IMG/VR virus record: IMGVR_UViG_3300032435_000001 | Reading direction: 5' to 3' (one strand) | From: a virus | Length of the DNA stretch: 64,000 bases | Shown: positions 31,479-42,464 of the stretch, in pieces | How the letters are laid out: each line of letters opens with the position of its first letter | How positions within the stretch are numbered: the stretch's first letter is position 1 | Translations under genes and position numbers: made by a program | Notes under the pieces: generated by a model | What the model was told of the DNA's origin: nothing | Seen by the model: only the letters and a program-made list of their open reading frames with translations | Database searches by the model: none

Positions 31479-33166
31479 TGGACAATGTGAAAATAATTTT
31501 AAATAATGGTAAGGGTGTTAATAGGGTTAATATTGATTCTTTCATAAAAGTACCTTTTAAGAGTACTAGTAGGTTATTACCTATTGGTGATATAAATGAA
31601 ATTGTTAATGTTGGGGATGTATTCAATAAGGAGAGACAAAAGTCTAAATTATATCGTTTCAATTTTACGATTAACCCTATCTTCACTAACGCTTTGTTTA
31701 ATGTTACTGGTGAAAATAGTTACGCAACATTTATGGGTCCTATATTTAGAGATAGGAGTTACCCACCTAATGGTATTGATTTAGATGAGGAAGAGGATTT
31801 AAAATATGGGGAGTCAATTCAAACCCACTTAGTTGAAAAACATGGTTGGTTTGGTTATTACGACCCAGATATTTCTAAAGTTAGTAATTGCTTATTTTAC
31901 GATATGTCACCATCTAGAGATTTATTCACTTTAACACCTAATAATGGTGTTAAAAATTGGGATATAACGATTGTATACCCTAAAAGTACCATTGATAGTG
32001 ATTTAACTAATGGTGGTTTAAAGATTATATATAAAGATACTATCATTTTTAATGGTAGGGAAATGACTATATTTGGGGTCCCAGTAAAGCATGGTTTATC
32101 CGTTGGTTCAACAGTTAGGATTAAGGGTTTACCCCAAATTAATTTTAATGATGATTATAATGTTCTTAGTTTGGGTTTATCTAATGGTGATGATAGTGAA
32201 TATTATTTTATAATTGATTTAAACCCAAATTTAGTTACCATTTCTAATGATAGTAGAATGGTTAGGGTTTTTGGTGGTCAAGAGTCAAAATATTACTATA
32301 GAGTTTTTAGTAAAATTAAAACTAAGAACACTTTCGTTATTGGTAATAATGATTATGAAATATACCCTTTAGCATTTAGTAAAAATATTTACAATGATAT
32401 TATATCGCAATTTAACATGAATGAGGATATTGATGTTAATGGTTTACTTGATAATTTAGGTAGACCATTATCAGAGGTTTACCTAACTTTCATAAAGACT
32501 GATTCTGAAAATACTTTCTCTAAGGTAAAATCTGGTTTATCAATGGCGAATATTAGTGGTATTGATTTGGATTTAAAAATTCCAGATATTAGACGAATAT
32601 CAAATAGCCTCATTACACATGAACATTTAGAGGGTAATGTTATGATTGGTAATGATGATTTCATTGGTGATTTGGTGGAATATAATAAGTATGAGGTTAG
32701 GGAGAATATCTTAGCCGATGTTTGGCACAGGTTCAACACTAATAATAGAGATGCTGGTGGTAGTGTTGTTAACAGTATTACTAATTATGTTTTAGATTTA
32801 GGTAAAAGATATGAGGGTTATATGTATAAACCTCACCACTTGATTAAAATTAGAGATTTCTCAAGTTATGTAGAACAAGGTGATTCTTCTGTTGTTGGTA
32901 TACCAGATTACGCTGAGGATTTAGAGGATGGGAGAATTATTTGGCGGGATTTACTAGATATTGGCGTTAACGGTATTAATGAAAATACCTTAGACTACCC
33001 ATTTGTTAATGGTGTTCACTACATGCATGATTTATTTAATTTTCAATTAAAAAGACAAGACCCTTTTTCTGAGTATGGGTTATATTATGAAAAAGCACCT
33101 AGAGACCCTTTTGGTAATGGCGTTAATGACAAGACTACTTTTAAAACGAATGATGATGAGTGTTAA
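31478..33166 (+). CDS. Putative structural protein
   Basis: 562-aa ORF translationally coupled within the structural operon. Confidence 0.6.
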   Translation: MDNVKIILNNGKGVNRVNIDSFIKVPFKSTSRLLPIGDINEIVNVGDVFNKERQKSKLYRFNFTINPIFTNALFNVTGENSYATFMGPIFRDRSYPPNGIDLDEEEDLKYGESIQTHLVEKHGWFGYYDPDISKVSNCLFYDMSPSRDLFTLTPNNGVKNWDITIVYPKSTIDSDLTNGGLKIIYKDTIIFNGREMTIFGVPVKHGLSVGSTVRIKGLPQINFNDDYNVLSLGLSNGDDSEYYFIIDLNPNLVTISNDSRMVRVFGGQESKYYYRVFSKIKTKNTFVIGNNDYEIYPLAFSKNIYNDIISQFNMNEDIDVNGLLDNLGRPLSEVYLTFIKTDSENTFSKVKSGLSMANISGIDLDLKIPDIRRISNSLITHEHLEGNVMIGNDDFIGDLVEYNKYEVRENILADVWHRFNTNNRDAGGSVVNSITNYVLDLGKRYEGYMYKPHHLIKIRDFSSYVEQGDSSVVGIPDYAEDLEDGRIIWRDLLDIGVNGINENTLDYPFVNGVHYMHDLFNFQLKRQDPFSEYGLYYEKAPRDPFGNGVNDKTTFKTNDDEC

Positions 33167-34007
33167 TAAAATTAAAGTGAATATTAAGGATTTGAATGGG
33201 TTAGACCCCAATTCATATATTAAAATACCATTAAATTTAGAGTTTGCTCATTTTGACCAATATGAGGTTGTGTCTAGAGACTTTATAAGTAAGGAGGTTG
33301 ATAAACTTATTAACCCAATTATCGATTACGAAAAGTTAAGATTCATACCAATAAATAATTCAGGTGATGATTTGGAAAATATAAAATATGAATTAAATTT
33401 TTTAAATGACACCAATACATATAACCCAAACTCATATTACTCTGATTTAGGTTTTATTAATTCAGATTTAAAATTTAGGAAAAATAATTTCACAAAATCA
33501 TTCTTAAAGTTAAGTTTTTATGATAATGACGTTGCAACTAACCAAAGGTTAATATCATTTTTAAGTATATTTTCTAGGGTAAGTAAGAGGGATATTGTGA
33601 ATTCTGGTTTCGGTATTAATTTACCATTACCAGCCAACGCTTTTAAGGTAAATTTTATACTTAATAACCCAGTAAAATACCCAGATGGTTTTTCCGAGGG
33701 TTATTACATTTACCATTATAAGGATGAGGTGAACTTTGGGTTACCAAAGGTGTTATACATGAAAGCTGAGTTTAACAACGCTAAAAATGGTGAGACAATA
33801 CCATTTATGACTGGAAATGTGGCGCAAGATATTAGTAACTTAAATAGCATGCTATACACTAAATATGTTTTAGTTAGAAACAATGATGGGTATTATTATA
33901 ATGTGGATAGTACATATTCTAATAATATAACATACAGTAGTTTTACTAATAACGGTGTTATTAATGATGATTGTGTAATAAAACTATATGAAATGAATGT
34001 GATATAA
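33156..34007 (+). CDS. Putative structural protein (start moved to ATG 33156)
   Basis: ORF coupled to its neighbours. Confidence 0.6.
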   Translation: MSVNKIKVNIKDLNGLDPNSYIKIPLNLEFAHFDQYEVVSRDFISKEVDKLINPIIDYEKLRFIPINNSGDDLENIKYELNFLNDTNTYNPNSYYSDLGFINSDLKFRKNNFTKSFLKLSFYDNDVATNQRLISFLSIFSRVSKRDIVNSGFGINLPLPANAFKVNFILNNPVKYPDGFSEGYYIYHYKDEVNFGLPKVLYMKAEFNNAKNGETIPFMTGNVAQDISNLNSMLYTKYVLVRNNDGYYYNVDSTYSNNITYSSFTNNGVINDDCVIKLYEMNVI

Positions 34008-34729
34008 TGGAAATAATTAAGAAAAAAATAAGTCTAAAATATTTTAATAAGACTAATAGATATGTGTATTTTAAAATTTTCTTAACACAAAGTTTTGATA
34101 ATATAGGTGATTTTAGTGAATTAAATTTCACACCTAAAGAAATTGTAAATAGGGAGTTATCAACGCTAGATAAGTTTTTCAGAATTGAGGGTGTTGGTGT
34201 TAATAAGTGGTATGTCGAATCTGGTTTGGTTAGAAGTTTTACTGATTCTAAATTAGAGGAGGTTAGGAATTACAATATTTTAAGTCCTTTTATCGCTGGT
34301 TTTAATGTTGAAAATGAGAGTTATGTTAATTTTAAAGGTGTTGGTGTTGACGGTGTTAATAGAGTTACTAGGATTGGTGATGGTGAGATAGATTACACAA
34401 TAAACGCTAAACTTGATAATTTAATAGGAACTGAAGCCCAAACTTCTGGTATTTTTTATTCTGAACCATTCCCAGATAATTTTAGTGAAACACCTACAAA
34501 TGTTAGGTTTTATGGTGAAGGATGGAATCAAACAAATACTTCTTTATCAGCATTATACAAAGAAGAATACCTAATGGGTATTATTTTTAGTCCAGAAGTT
34601 AAAAACGATGTATTTATAGATAGAGGTAATGTTAATGTAATGGAAAAACATTTAAGAATGTCTGAAATAGAAAATTTAAACCACTTAGTTAATTATAACA
34701 ATAGGTTTTTTAATATAATAAAATATTAA
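34007..34729 (+). CDS. Putative structural protein
   Basis: TAATG coupling to the previous gene. Confidence 0.6.
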   Translation: MEIIKKKISLKYFNKTNRYVYFKIFLTQSFDNIGDFSELNFTPKEIVNRELSTLDKFFRIEGVGVNKWYVESGLVRSFTDSKLEEVRNYNILSPFIAGFNVENESYVNFKGVGVDGVNRVTRIGDGEIDYTINAKLDNLIGTEAQTSGIFYSEPFPDNFSETPTNVRFYGEGWNQTNTSLSALYKEEYLMGIIFSPEVKNDVFIDRGNVNVMEKHLRMSEIENLNHLVNYNNRFFNIIKY

Positions 34730-34787
34730 TAATTTTTAATTTTAGTACTTACTTATTATTTTTTTTTAATATATTCTAGTAACACCA

Positions 34788-34818
34788 TTAACCCTGTTCA
34801 TAAGCAGGGTTAATTTTT
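34788..34818 (+). terminator. Stem-loop with T-run (terminator or leader hairpin)
   Basis: attaaccctgtt-cat-aagcagggttaat followed by tttt; lies just downstream of CTTACT-N16-TATATT at 34748. Confidence 0.55.
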
Positions 34819-34854
34819 ATGATAATAATGATAATAAATATAAATACAATATAA

Positions 34855-35766
34855 ATGGCTAACGGAGTTTACGGTACAGTGAGACCAGCGGATGTATCAC
34901 TTGATGATGTTGAGGTTTTCTTACATTTCTCACCAAGTAGGGGTTCTTTGGGTGATGTTGGGTTAACTAAATTAAACACCAACGATGTTTTACAGAGGAT
35001 TTCAAACCCTAATAATAAAAATACATTTGAAATATTTGGTGGTTTATACACACTTAAATTACCAGCCACTATTTTTGGTCTTAAAGGTATCTACACAATT
35101 GCGATTAAACCTATTGAGATTAGAACTAAAATTATTGATAGTGGTGTTTTATCATCACAACCAAATATAAAGGGTTTATTATTTGATACGTCAAATCTTA
35201 CAAGTGATTTGATTAGTAAATTCCAAAATAATGGTTTGATAGGTTATAGAATTGAATATTTGAGTTCAACACCAACAACCACTAATTCTAAGATTAATAA
35301 TTTCTTTAGAATCATTACCTCAAATAATAAGGCTGAGCCAATCACGCAAAACTTAAATAATACTAGTCAAAAAGCTATTAGATATCGATTTAATGATAAC
35401 TCAAATTTAGTTTTTTGCACTGTAACACCTAGTTCACCCAGTAATGTAAAGCCAAACGTATTACCATACATAGGTGAATCAAATCAAGATGTGATTCTAA
35501 CTAATACTTTTTTCAATCCAATCATGTTGGAGGTTGAAATGGTTGAATATGACACTGAATCGTTAGCGATAGGTTTATTCGGTGGGCAAACTAAATCGAT
35601 TGAAGATGGGATATACACAATTTATAATTTCGAAAATGAGATATTCAAACAATTTAATCTATATGAGATTAAAGATGAGTTTTCTGGTAAACCACTGTTT
35701 GAGGTTAGAGAGATTAGAAATAGTATTGATTTCACAAAAAGTTTTGAAAATATAACTACAATATAA
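34855..35766 (+). CDS. Putative structural protein
   Basis: 303-aa ORF in the structural block. Confidence 0.6.
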   Translation: MANGVYGTVRPADVSLDDVEVFLHFSPSRGSLGDVGLTKLNTNDVLQRISNPNNKNTFEIFGGLYTLKLPATIFGLKGIYTIAIKPIEIRTKIIDSGVLSSQPNIKGLLFDTSNLTSDLISKFQNNGLIGYRIEYLSSTPTTTNSKINNFFRIITSNNKAEPITQNLNNTSQKAIRYRFNDNSNLVFCTVTPSSPSNVKPNVLPYIGESNQDVILTNTFFNPIMLEVEMVEYDTESLAIGLFGGQTKSIEDGIYTIYNFENEIFKQFNLYEIKDEFSGKPLFEVREIRNSIDFTKSFENITTI

Positions 35767-38264
35767 TGGCTGGGAAAATAAAGGTAGCTGGTTATGCTCA
35801 GAAAGTATTTTATAATGATGGTATTGAGTATAGAAATTTTTCAAGTAATTTAGTTGGTAATCAACTAACTAACTCTAATAATAGCGCACTATTCACTATT
35901 GGTAACTTTGATATTACGACTAATTTGGATAGTAAGATTAGTAAGATTTTCAATACTAATAATTTTAGTAGCTTTCTTACGTTATCAGACCTTAAAAATG
36001 GTGAAAGTATAAACTTAACACTTAATGAGAAGAAGATGACTCTTAACTTAAATAAGCATAAGTTAAGTAATTACGCTTATTTCGGGTCGTTAAGGGAATA
36101 TATTAGAGTGTCACTTGAGAATATTATAATTAAATGGCCAGCGTCTTTATTTGCATCTCCTTTAAATGACGATAATGTTTTAGTTAATGAAAATACTGTT
36201 GAAGATTATGTATATGATGACATATCTGATATTAGTAGTTTCAAGGTTAATGTTAATAGGTTAAATAATAATTTTGATATTAATTTCTTAAAAAATGGTG
36301 AAACGTTAAACTCATATTCTGAGGGTAATGATTTAAGGAACTTAACTGTTAATTACAGTAGTTACGTTATTGTCTACAACGGTGTTTCAGTACCAGTAGT
36401 TGATTTTACAGGTTCCAATTCAAATATTAATGATTACATTGAGGTTAAGGTTAAGGGTAATTTATTTAATGGTTTAACTAATTTTAAGATAAACTACCAT
36501 ATTAGACCAAATGATTCGTTAATTGAGAAATTCTTTATTGAATTAAGTGATTTTGAAAATAATGTGTTAAATAGGTTTTCATCACCAATATACACTTCAA
36601 GTTATAATTTCAATTATGAGGCTGATAGTGGTAATATTATCTTAGGTAGTAAAACTATAACTTGGCCTATATCGGATGGTTATAACATTGACTTTCAAAG
36701 TGAAAGCTATGTTAACTTTGTTTCTCAGTTAATAGAAATGTCAGATAATAGTGATTTAACTAGCACAAATTTAGTTAATAGATTTTTTGTTAGTGAATCA
36801 ATATCGGAATTTGATACACTACCTAATCTTAATTTTGATGATTTAACGAGTGGTCAAAAAGTTAATAGTACTTTAAAAATATATGGTAGAGAATTTGATG
36901 AGGTTAAAAAATATATTGACGGTATTGGATTTGCTAATGTTGTAACTTATGATGGTAATGATAACGTACCAAATTTACTAATAAAGAATTTAGCCAAAGT
37001 GTTAGGTTGGGATTTAATTTCATCAATTTTAGAAGTTGATTTATTAAAAAACTACTTATCGGTTGGCGATAGCACTTATGTTGGTCATTCTAGAGGTTTA
37101 TCACCAGTTGAGAAGGAAGTTGAATTATATCGCAGGTTAATAATGAATACCCCATGGTTATGGAAATCTAAAGGTACTAGGAAATCGATTGAATTTTTAT
37201 TTAAATTTATTGGAACGCCAGATGGGTTAATTTCTTTTAATGAATACATCTACGTTGCTAACAATTCTTTGGATATGAACTCATTTAGAACTATATTAAG
37301 TGAGAGTAATGGTACTGATAACTTGCAAGATTTAAATGTTGATGATGATGGTTTTCCAGTTGTCAATAGGAATAATAGTGAGATGTATTTCCAAAAAGCT
37401 GGTTTGTGGTATAGAGAAACTGGAGGTGTTAACTCAAATGTTGATATCTTAGTGGGTAATAACCCACATATTGGACCATACGATGGTGGTCAAGAATACA
37501 TGAACCAATTTAATTGTCTTATACCTGATTTTGAGCCAGTTACTTTAATTAGTGAGAAGACTAGAGATGAAACTACTAATTTATTCATTAATTATGATAA
37601 TGGTACTTTTGATTCGATATATGATAGCAACATTGTTTCTAACATTGATTTAAATGTTAATTTTAGTGGTATTGTAAATACACAAATAGTTGAAAGTTTG
37701 CAAGGTTATGAAATACAACCAGAATTAAGTGGTTGTTCTGGGACAACAACTTGGGTTTTAGATTGTTACCTAGATAATGAGTTAGTTACATCATCAACTT
37801 TATTAGGTGGTGATTCACTATTAAATGGTGTGTTGGTTAACTATAATAACTTAGCGTCTCAATATCTGGGTGCTTTAAATGTGTTTTATAATGAGTTAAA
37901 TAGTAATTACGCACCGATAACGTCAGAAGTGAGTAATTTGAGTTATAGTCTTGTTGAGGAAAGTGGTCAATGTGAGGTCTACACGCCTTATTATTTGGGT
38001 AAAGTGATTAGGGTTGAATTAAAATTAAACTTAGACTATTCTTGTAACGATTGTAAACCAGTTATTAGCGTTGAACCTACATTTATATGTCCAGTTAGTG
38101 AAATGATTAATGGGGTTTTGTATTTTTATTGTGGGTTGGTTACATTTAGTGGTTTAGTTGATAATATTTTAATTGATAGCGAATGTTGTACCAACTTAGG
38201 TTATCAAGTTAAAGCGGTACAAGGTGGTTTTAATTGTTACGCAACGATAGGTAGTTTACAATAA
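35766..38264 (+). CDS. Putative baseplate wedge protein (gp7 / P2 gpI-like segment)
   Basis: LAKVLGW...LYRRL..N.PWLWKSKGT..SIEFL..FIG motif. Confidence 0.6.
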   Translation: MAGKIKVAGYAQKVFYNDGIEYRNFSSNLVGNQLTNSNNSALFTIGNFDITTNLDSKISKIFNTNNFSSFLTLSDLKNGESINLTLNEKKMTLNLNKHKLSNYAYFGSLREYIRVSLENIIIKWPASLFASPLNDDNVLVNENTVEDYVYDDISDISSFKVNVNRLNNNFDINFLKNGETLNSYSEGNDLRNLTVNYSSYVIVYNGVSVPVVDFTGSNSNINDYIEVKVKGNLFNGLTNFKINYHIRPNDSLIEKFFIELSDFENNVLNRFSSPIYTSSYNFNYEADSGNIILGSKTITWPISDGYNIDFQSESYVNFVSQLIEMSDNSDLTSTNLVNRFFVSESISEFDTLPNLNFDDLTSGQKVNSTLKIYGREFDEVKKYIDGIGFANVVTYDGNDNVPNLLIKNLAKVLGWDLISSILEVDLLKNYLSVGDSTYVGHSRGLSPVEKEVELYRRLIMNTPWLWKSKGTRKSIEFLFKFIGTPDGLISFNEYIYVANNSLDMNSFRTILSESNGTDNLQDLNVDDDGFPVVNRNNSEMYFQKAGLWYRETGGVNSNVDILVGNNPHIGPYDGGQEYMNQFNCLIPDFEPVTLISEKTRDETTNLFINYDNGTFDSIYDSNIVSNIDLNVNFSGIVNTQIVESLQGYEIQPELSGCSGTTTWVLDCYLDNELVTSSTLLGGDSLLNGVLVNYNNLASQYLGALNVFYNELNSNYAPITSEVSNLSYSLVEESGQCEVYTPYYLGKVIRVELKLNLDYSCNDCKPVISVEPTFICPVSEMINGVLYFYCGLVTFSGLVDNILIDSECCTNLGYQVKAVQGGFNCYATIGSLQ

Positions 38265-38291
38265 CATTGGTAGATAAATTAAATAATTAAT

Positions 38292-40064
38292 ATGATTACG
38301 GGTAATATAAATAATACTATAATAACTACCGACACTTTTGAAGTCTCTGGTTCTACAACGGCTATTAATTTGGTTGTTGTTGATTCTGACAATTTAGATA
38401 TATCAGAATGCACCTTAGTTACCACTGAGGTCATCAAAACTAACCCACCAATCAAGTATTTTGATGATTGTGGTTGCCCTATTAATGTTTGTCAAAAAGG
38501 TTCCCTTAGAATTACGATTAAGAAAATTGAACCTGAAGGTCCAAAATGTGAAATTAGTGAATTTACTTTAGATGATAGTGGTTTAGTTCTTTTTGTTGTT
38601 AACAGTAATAACACCTTTTTCACAGCACCAGAATGTTGTGAGTCTTTAGGTTTCACATCAGAAATAAATTCTAGTAATGGTTTATCCCAATGTAGGTGGC
38701 AAGAAATTGAAATTGACCCATGTAGTGGTTTCGTGGTTTTAGGTGAATCTGATGGGTTTGTTCATTTTCAAACCTCGGATGGTTCAAGCACGACTTATGT
38801 ACCGTCTATCGAGTGTTGCCCAACTAATAGTGTTCCTGAGGTAAGTAATTTTGGTTATCGTTGTTTGATTATCAAGGAAAATGATTCATGTTCAGATTAC
38901 ACACCATCTGGTTCACTTGATAATGATGGTTACGTTCTGTTCTATTATATAGATGAAGATACAACATCATCAACAGTACCGTCTATCGAGTGTTGTTCGA
39001 TATTCGACTATAAACCTATTCAATTGAATGGTTTGATATATTGTTCACCATGTAAAAGTTACGATAGTTACGAATTTAATTCTTTGGGAATAGCGGTCTT
39101 TGTTGATTACAACGGGGAAACATTTGAAGCGGTACCAAGTGGTAATTGTTGTCCGACATTAACTTCACCAGTTCCAGTAACTGTACAAAGTGGGTCACAA
39201 CCTAACTCACAAGATATCTCAAAACCTTTTGGTGCGACTGTTGTAACCAAATGTAAAAACATATTTTTTGATGAGTGTTCTATTTTCACACCAACTGAAG
39301 AACTTGATGATAATGGTTTTTTAATTTTTGATAAAATATCTGGTTCACGTACAATATATGTCCCAACTAGTGAGTGTTGTCCGACTAAGACAACCGCCAT
39401 TTTAACTAGAAGTGGTTATGCTTGTAGACCAAACCCATCAATTGATATTTGCCGTCACTTATCTGTTATATCAATAGTACCTGGTAATGTAAACCAAACT
39501 GACAATTCGATATCAGTGTCTGGTGAATATTGTGATGGTGAAAATTTTACTCGTACTTTATCAAGTGAACTTTCCCCAGATGCAGGTACTCTAACTAATT
39601 TACAAATTGAAAGGTGTGTTAAAGAAAGTTCGCTGGTGATAATTGGTGATGACCCTAGTAGGGTTGAGTATATTTTTAGTAACACTATTGTTTGTGGTCC
39701 AAATAACACTGTTAGAGCCACACTTGAACCTAACACAGGTTTCGAGATTGAAGGTTGTGATACTCAAAGAATAAGGGTTACTGGTGATGTTGGTTCTAAG
39801 GTTGAATTTAAAACTATTATTAGTAACAATGGTCTTTCAGGTTTAACTAATGTAATAACGATAAATGGTGTTTCACAAAGTGAAAGTATCTCAACTTATA
39901 GAAGTTTCATAATTCCATCAAATGGTTATTTCGTTATTGTTTGGACTGTGTGCGCTAACAACACTAACGGTGTTGGAGATGTTTGCGTTCCTGTTAGTGC
40001 TATTTTAGATATTAAATATAATAATATAACCATTGGTGATTTCGAAGCTAATGCGTGTAATTAA
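38292..40064 (+). CDS. Cys-rich repeat protein, probably virion-associated
   Basis: Five ~55-70-aa modules C..DG.V.F...VP..ECC...C. Confidence 0.65.
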   Translation: MITGNINNTIITTDTFEVSGSTTAINLVVVDSDNLDISECTLVTTEVIKTNPPIKYFDDCGCPINVCQKGSLRITIKKIEPEGPKCEISEFTLDDSGLVLFVVNSNNTFFTAPECCESLGFTSEINSSNGLSQCRWQEIEIDPCSGFVVLGESDGFVHFQTSDGSSTTYVPSIECCPTNSVPEVSNFGYRCLIIKENDSCSDYTPSGSLDNDGYVLFYYIDEDTTSSTVPSIECCSIFDYKPIQLNGLIYCSPCKSYDSYEFNSLGIAVFVDYNGETFEAVPSGNCCPTLTSPVPVTVQSGSQPNSQDISKPFGATVVTKCKNIFFDECSIFTPTEELDDNGFLIFDKISGSRTIYVPTSECCPTKTTAILTRSGYACRPNPSIDICRHLSVISIVPGNVNQTDNSISVSGEYCDGENFTRTLSSELSPDAGTLTNLQIERCVKESSLVIIGDDPSRVEYIFSNTIVCGPNNTVRATLEPNTGFEIEGCDTQRIRVTGDVGSKVEFKTIISNNGLSGLTNVITINGVSQSESISTYRSFIIPSNGYFVIVWTVCANNTNGVGDVCVPVSAILDIKYNNITIGDFEANACN

Positions 40065-40072
40065 TTAATGGT

Positions 40073-42220
40073 ATGGAGTGTAAAAATATAAATGGTGAGG
40101 TAATTAAATCCTTCCAATTTGGTGATGATGGTATTGTTTATGGTTTTGATGATATCAATATTAAATCATCGGTTGATAATAATTGTTGCAACTCTTTAAA
40201 CCACCAATTTGATTCTGTTGATGGTGTTTGTTATTGGAAAAAACCGTGTGAATTTGATGATGATGTTAAAATATTAATATCACCAGATGGGGATGATGGG
40301 CTTTTTTACCAAGTAAATGAAAATGATGATTGTAAATTAACTATTGAGTTTGATTATTTGATTGAGTTAAATTGTGGTGCTTTAAGTGAATGTTTAGCGG
40401 GAAATGAGTCTAATGAAAATGAGGTTGGTGTCATTAATGGTAAAATATCGAATAATGATGCGTTAATTAATGAAGATGATGAATCTATAATAGCGTTAAA
40501 TTCTGATTTTAAAAGGGTTCGTGAGGCTTTTGAGATTAAAATTAGTGATGGTGTTTTAGAGTTAGAAGTTTTAGATGATAGACTAACATTTAATAATAGT
40601 GAGGTTAGTAGAGTGAATAACTTACTTAACGATGAGTCTGACCCAATAACTAAGATTAATTATAATAACACATTAACAATTTTAAAAAATGAGATTGACA
40701 TTATTAATGTTGAGAGAGATACTGTTAAAGGTGTTAACCAAAATTTAGATATTGAATTACAATCTAGGATTAATTATTATGGTAGTTCGATAAATAAAGT
40801 TAAATTTGTTAAATATTTAAAGATATCTGAAAGTGCGGAGTGGGGTTTTGATTTGGAATTAGTACCACCTAAAATAATGTTAGCTGATATTTTAACCAAT
40901 CTTAAGTTAAGCATGACTTTAGACGTACTTACTAATATTGATAGTGTTGTTTCCACTAACACCAATTTTGAGACCCCTCAAGTTTATAGGCCTATACTCA
41001 CTGAGAAACTTTATGATGTTGACGACCTTACTGAGTATTTTAATAACTCTACGAATACTGGATTATTTTTAAATAATGATTCGGGTGATTGTAATTTTAT
41101 TATTAACTCAATTAATGAAAACTTAGCTGGTGAAGTTAGCTTCACTAAGTTAGAGCAATCTTTAAACTCACAATGGGTTCATTTTAAAATGGAGATTGAG
41201 GATTCGAATACACTGAAATTAATTGAGAATAAGTATTTAAAATTAGGTTTATACGTTGAAAATAGTTTATGTGAGTTATCAATATTATTAGATAACGTTG
41301 AGTTTAATAGGTCTTGTAGTGTAATTGAAAAAACTGAGACATTTATAAACACATGCCCATCATTTGAGTTAAATAGAGTAATAGATAATAAAAAATCTTG
41401 GGTTAGTAATGATAATGTTGAGAAAAGAAAATTCTTATTACCTAAGAGAGAAACTGGTTATCTTATAAATAATTCTAAATTAGGTATTAATAGTAAAGAG
41501 ATTGATATAAATTTAAACCCTAGTTTAGCTATTGAGAGTGATTTCCAAAGTTTTATAAAAAATAACCCTTGTTTGATGGACTCATTCTCTGGTGTTTTAA
41601 CGACTAACATATTTACTGCTGGTATTACTATAAATGAATTTAAGGATATTTTATATTCGGAGTTAATAGATGTTAAATCTAGGAAAACAATTAGTGGTTA
41701 CCCACTCCTAAAAGCCTTATACGATGCTTATTTGAATAGTTACGCTATTTGTGGTGTCAACTCATCTAAATTAAGTTATACCACCATGAATGACTTCATT
41801 TCGTTGATTGGAGCGTATTGGGTGGATTTAATCGAACAAGTTATCCCATCAACCACTATTTGGGGTTCAACTTATAAGTATAATAATACAATTTTTGATA
41901 ATAATAAGTTTAAATATAGAAAAAGTAGTTTATTCAATTGCACACCATCTTCAACACCGACATTACCTATAATAGGTATTAATAATAATGTTGATGCTGA
42001 TATCACATCGTATTATTATGATGATAAAAATGATGGGGTCTTGGTTGAGGAGTCAACAAAATGTAGTACTGTTTATATTTCACAAATTAATGATGGGTCT
42101 GAATTCATAGGGAGTGTGAATATAGTTGGATGGCAGTATCAGAATATCCGACTTAGAAATTCTGGTGATGTGATAATATTAAATGAATCAGAGAGTTCAA
42201 CAATACAAAAATCAATATAA
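40073..42220 (+). CDS. Putative structural protein with coiled-coil insert
   Basis: 715-aa ORF; N-terminal CC module; C-terminal W..LIEQVIP.TTIW. Confidence 0.6.
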   Translation: MECKNINGEVIKSFQFGDDGIVYGFDDINIKSSVDNNCCNSLNHQFDSVDGVCYWKKPCEFDDDVKILISPDGDDGLFYQVNENDDCKLTIEFDYLIELNCGALSECLAGNESNENEVGVINGKISNNDALINEDDESIIALNSDFKRVREAFEIKISDGVLELEVLDDRLTFNNSEVSRVNNLLNDESDPITKINYNNTLTILKNEIDIINVERDTVKGVNQNLDIELQSRINYYGSSINKVKFVKYLKISESAEWGFDLELVPPKIMLADILTNLKLSMTLDVLTNIDSVVSTNTNFETPQVYRPILTEKLYDVDDLTEYFNNSTNTGLFLNNDSGDCNFIINSINENLAGEVSFTKLEQSLNSQWVHFKMEIEDSNTLKLIENKYLKLGLYVENSLCELSILLDNVEFNRSCSVIEKTETFINTCPSFELNRVIDNKKSWVSNDNVEKRKFLLPKRETGYLINNSKLGINSKEIDINLNPSLAIESDFQSFIKNNPCLMDSFSGVLTTNIFTAGITINEFKDILYSELIDVKSRKTISGYPLLKALYDAYLNSYAICGVNSSKLSYTTMNDFISLIGAYWVDLIEQVIPSTTIWGSTYKYNNTIFDNNKFKYRKSSLFNCTPSSTPTLPIIGINNNVDADITSYYYDDKNDGVLVEESTKCSTVYISQINDGSEFIGSVNIVGWQYQNIRLRNSGDVIILNESESSTIQKSI

Positions 42221-42221
42221 T

Positions 42222-42464
42222 ATGCCATATTTAGTAAAGAAAGTAGAAGGGGAGATATTTAATAATTTCATAGGTGAAAATTATTTTTATAAAAAATTAG
42301 TTGGTACTATAGGTTTAGAAGATTATGTGAAACTTAATAATTTTATTGGTTTCACTCAAAATTTCTCAAGTGTTATTAAAGTTGGTTTAATTAGTAGTAA
42401 CACTAAAAATAAATATGGTCTTAAAAGTGGTGATAACGTAATAAATTTAGAAATATCTTACTAA
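42222..42464 (+). CDS. Hypothetical protein (start moved to ATG 42222)
   Basis: Short ORF coupled to its neighbours. Confidence 0.55.
   Translation: MPYLVKKVEGEIFNNFIGENYFYKKLVGTIGLEDYVKLNNFIGFTQNFSSVIKVGLISSNTKNKYGLKSGDNVINLEISY

Noticed and set aside
38265-38291. Read-through fusion of the in-frame 832-aa and 590-aa ORFs
   Set aside because: Additional TAG and TAA stops in the gap; no intein motifs
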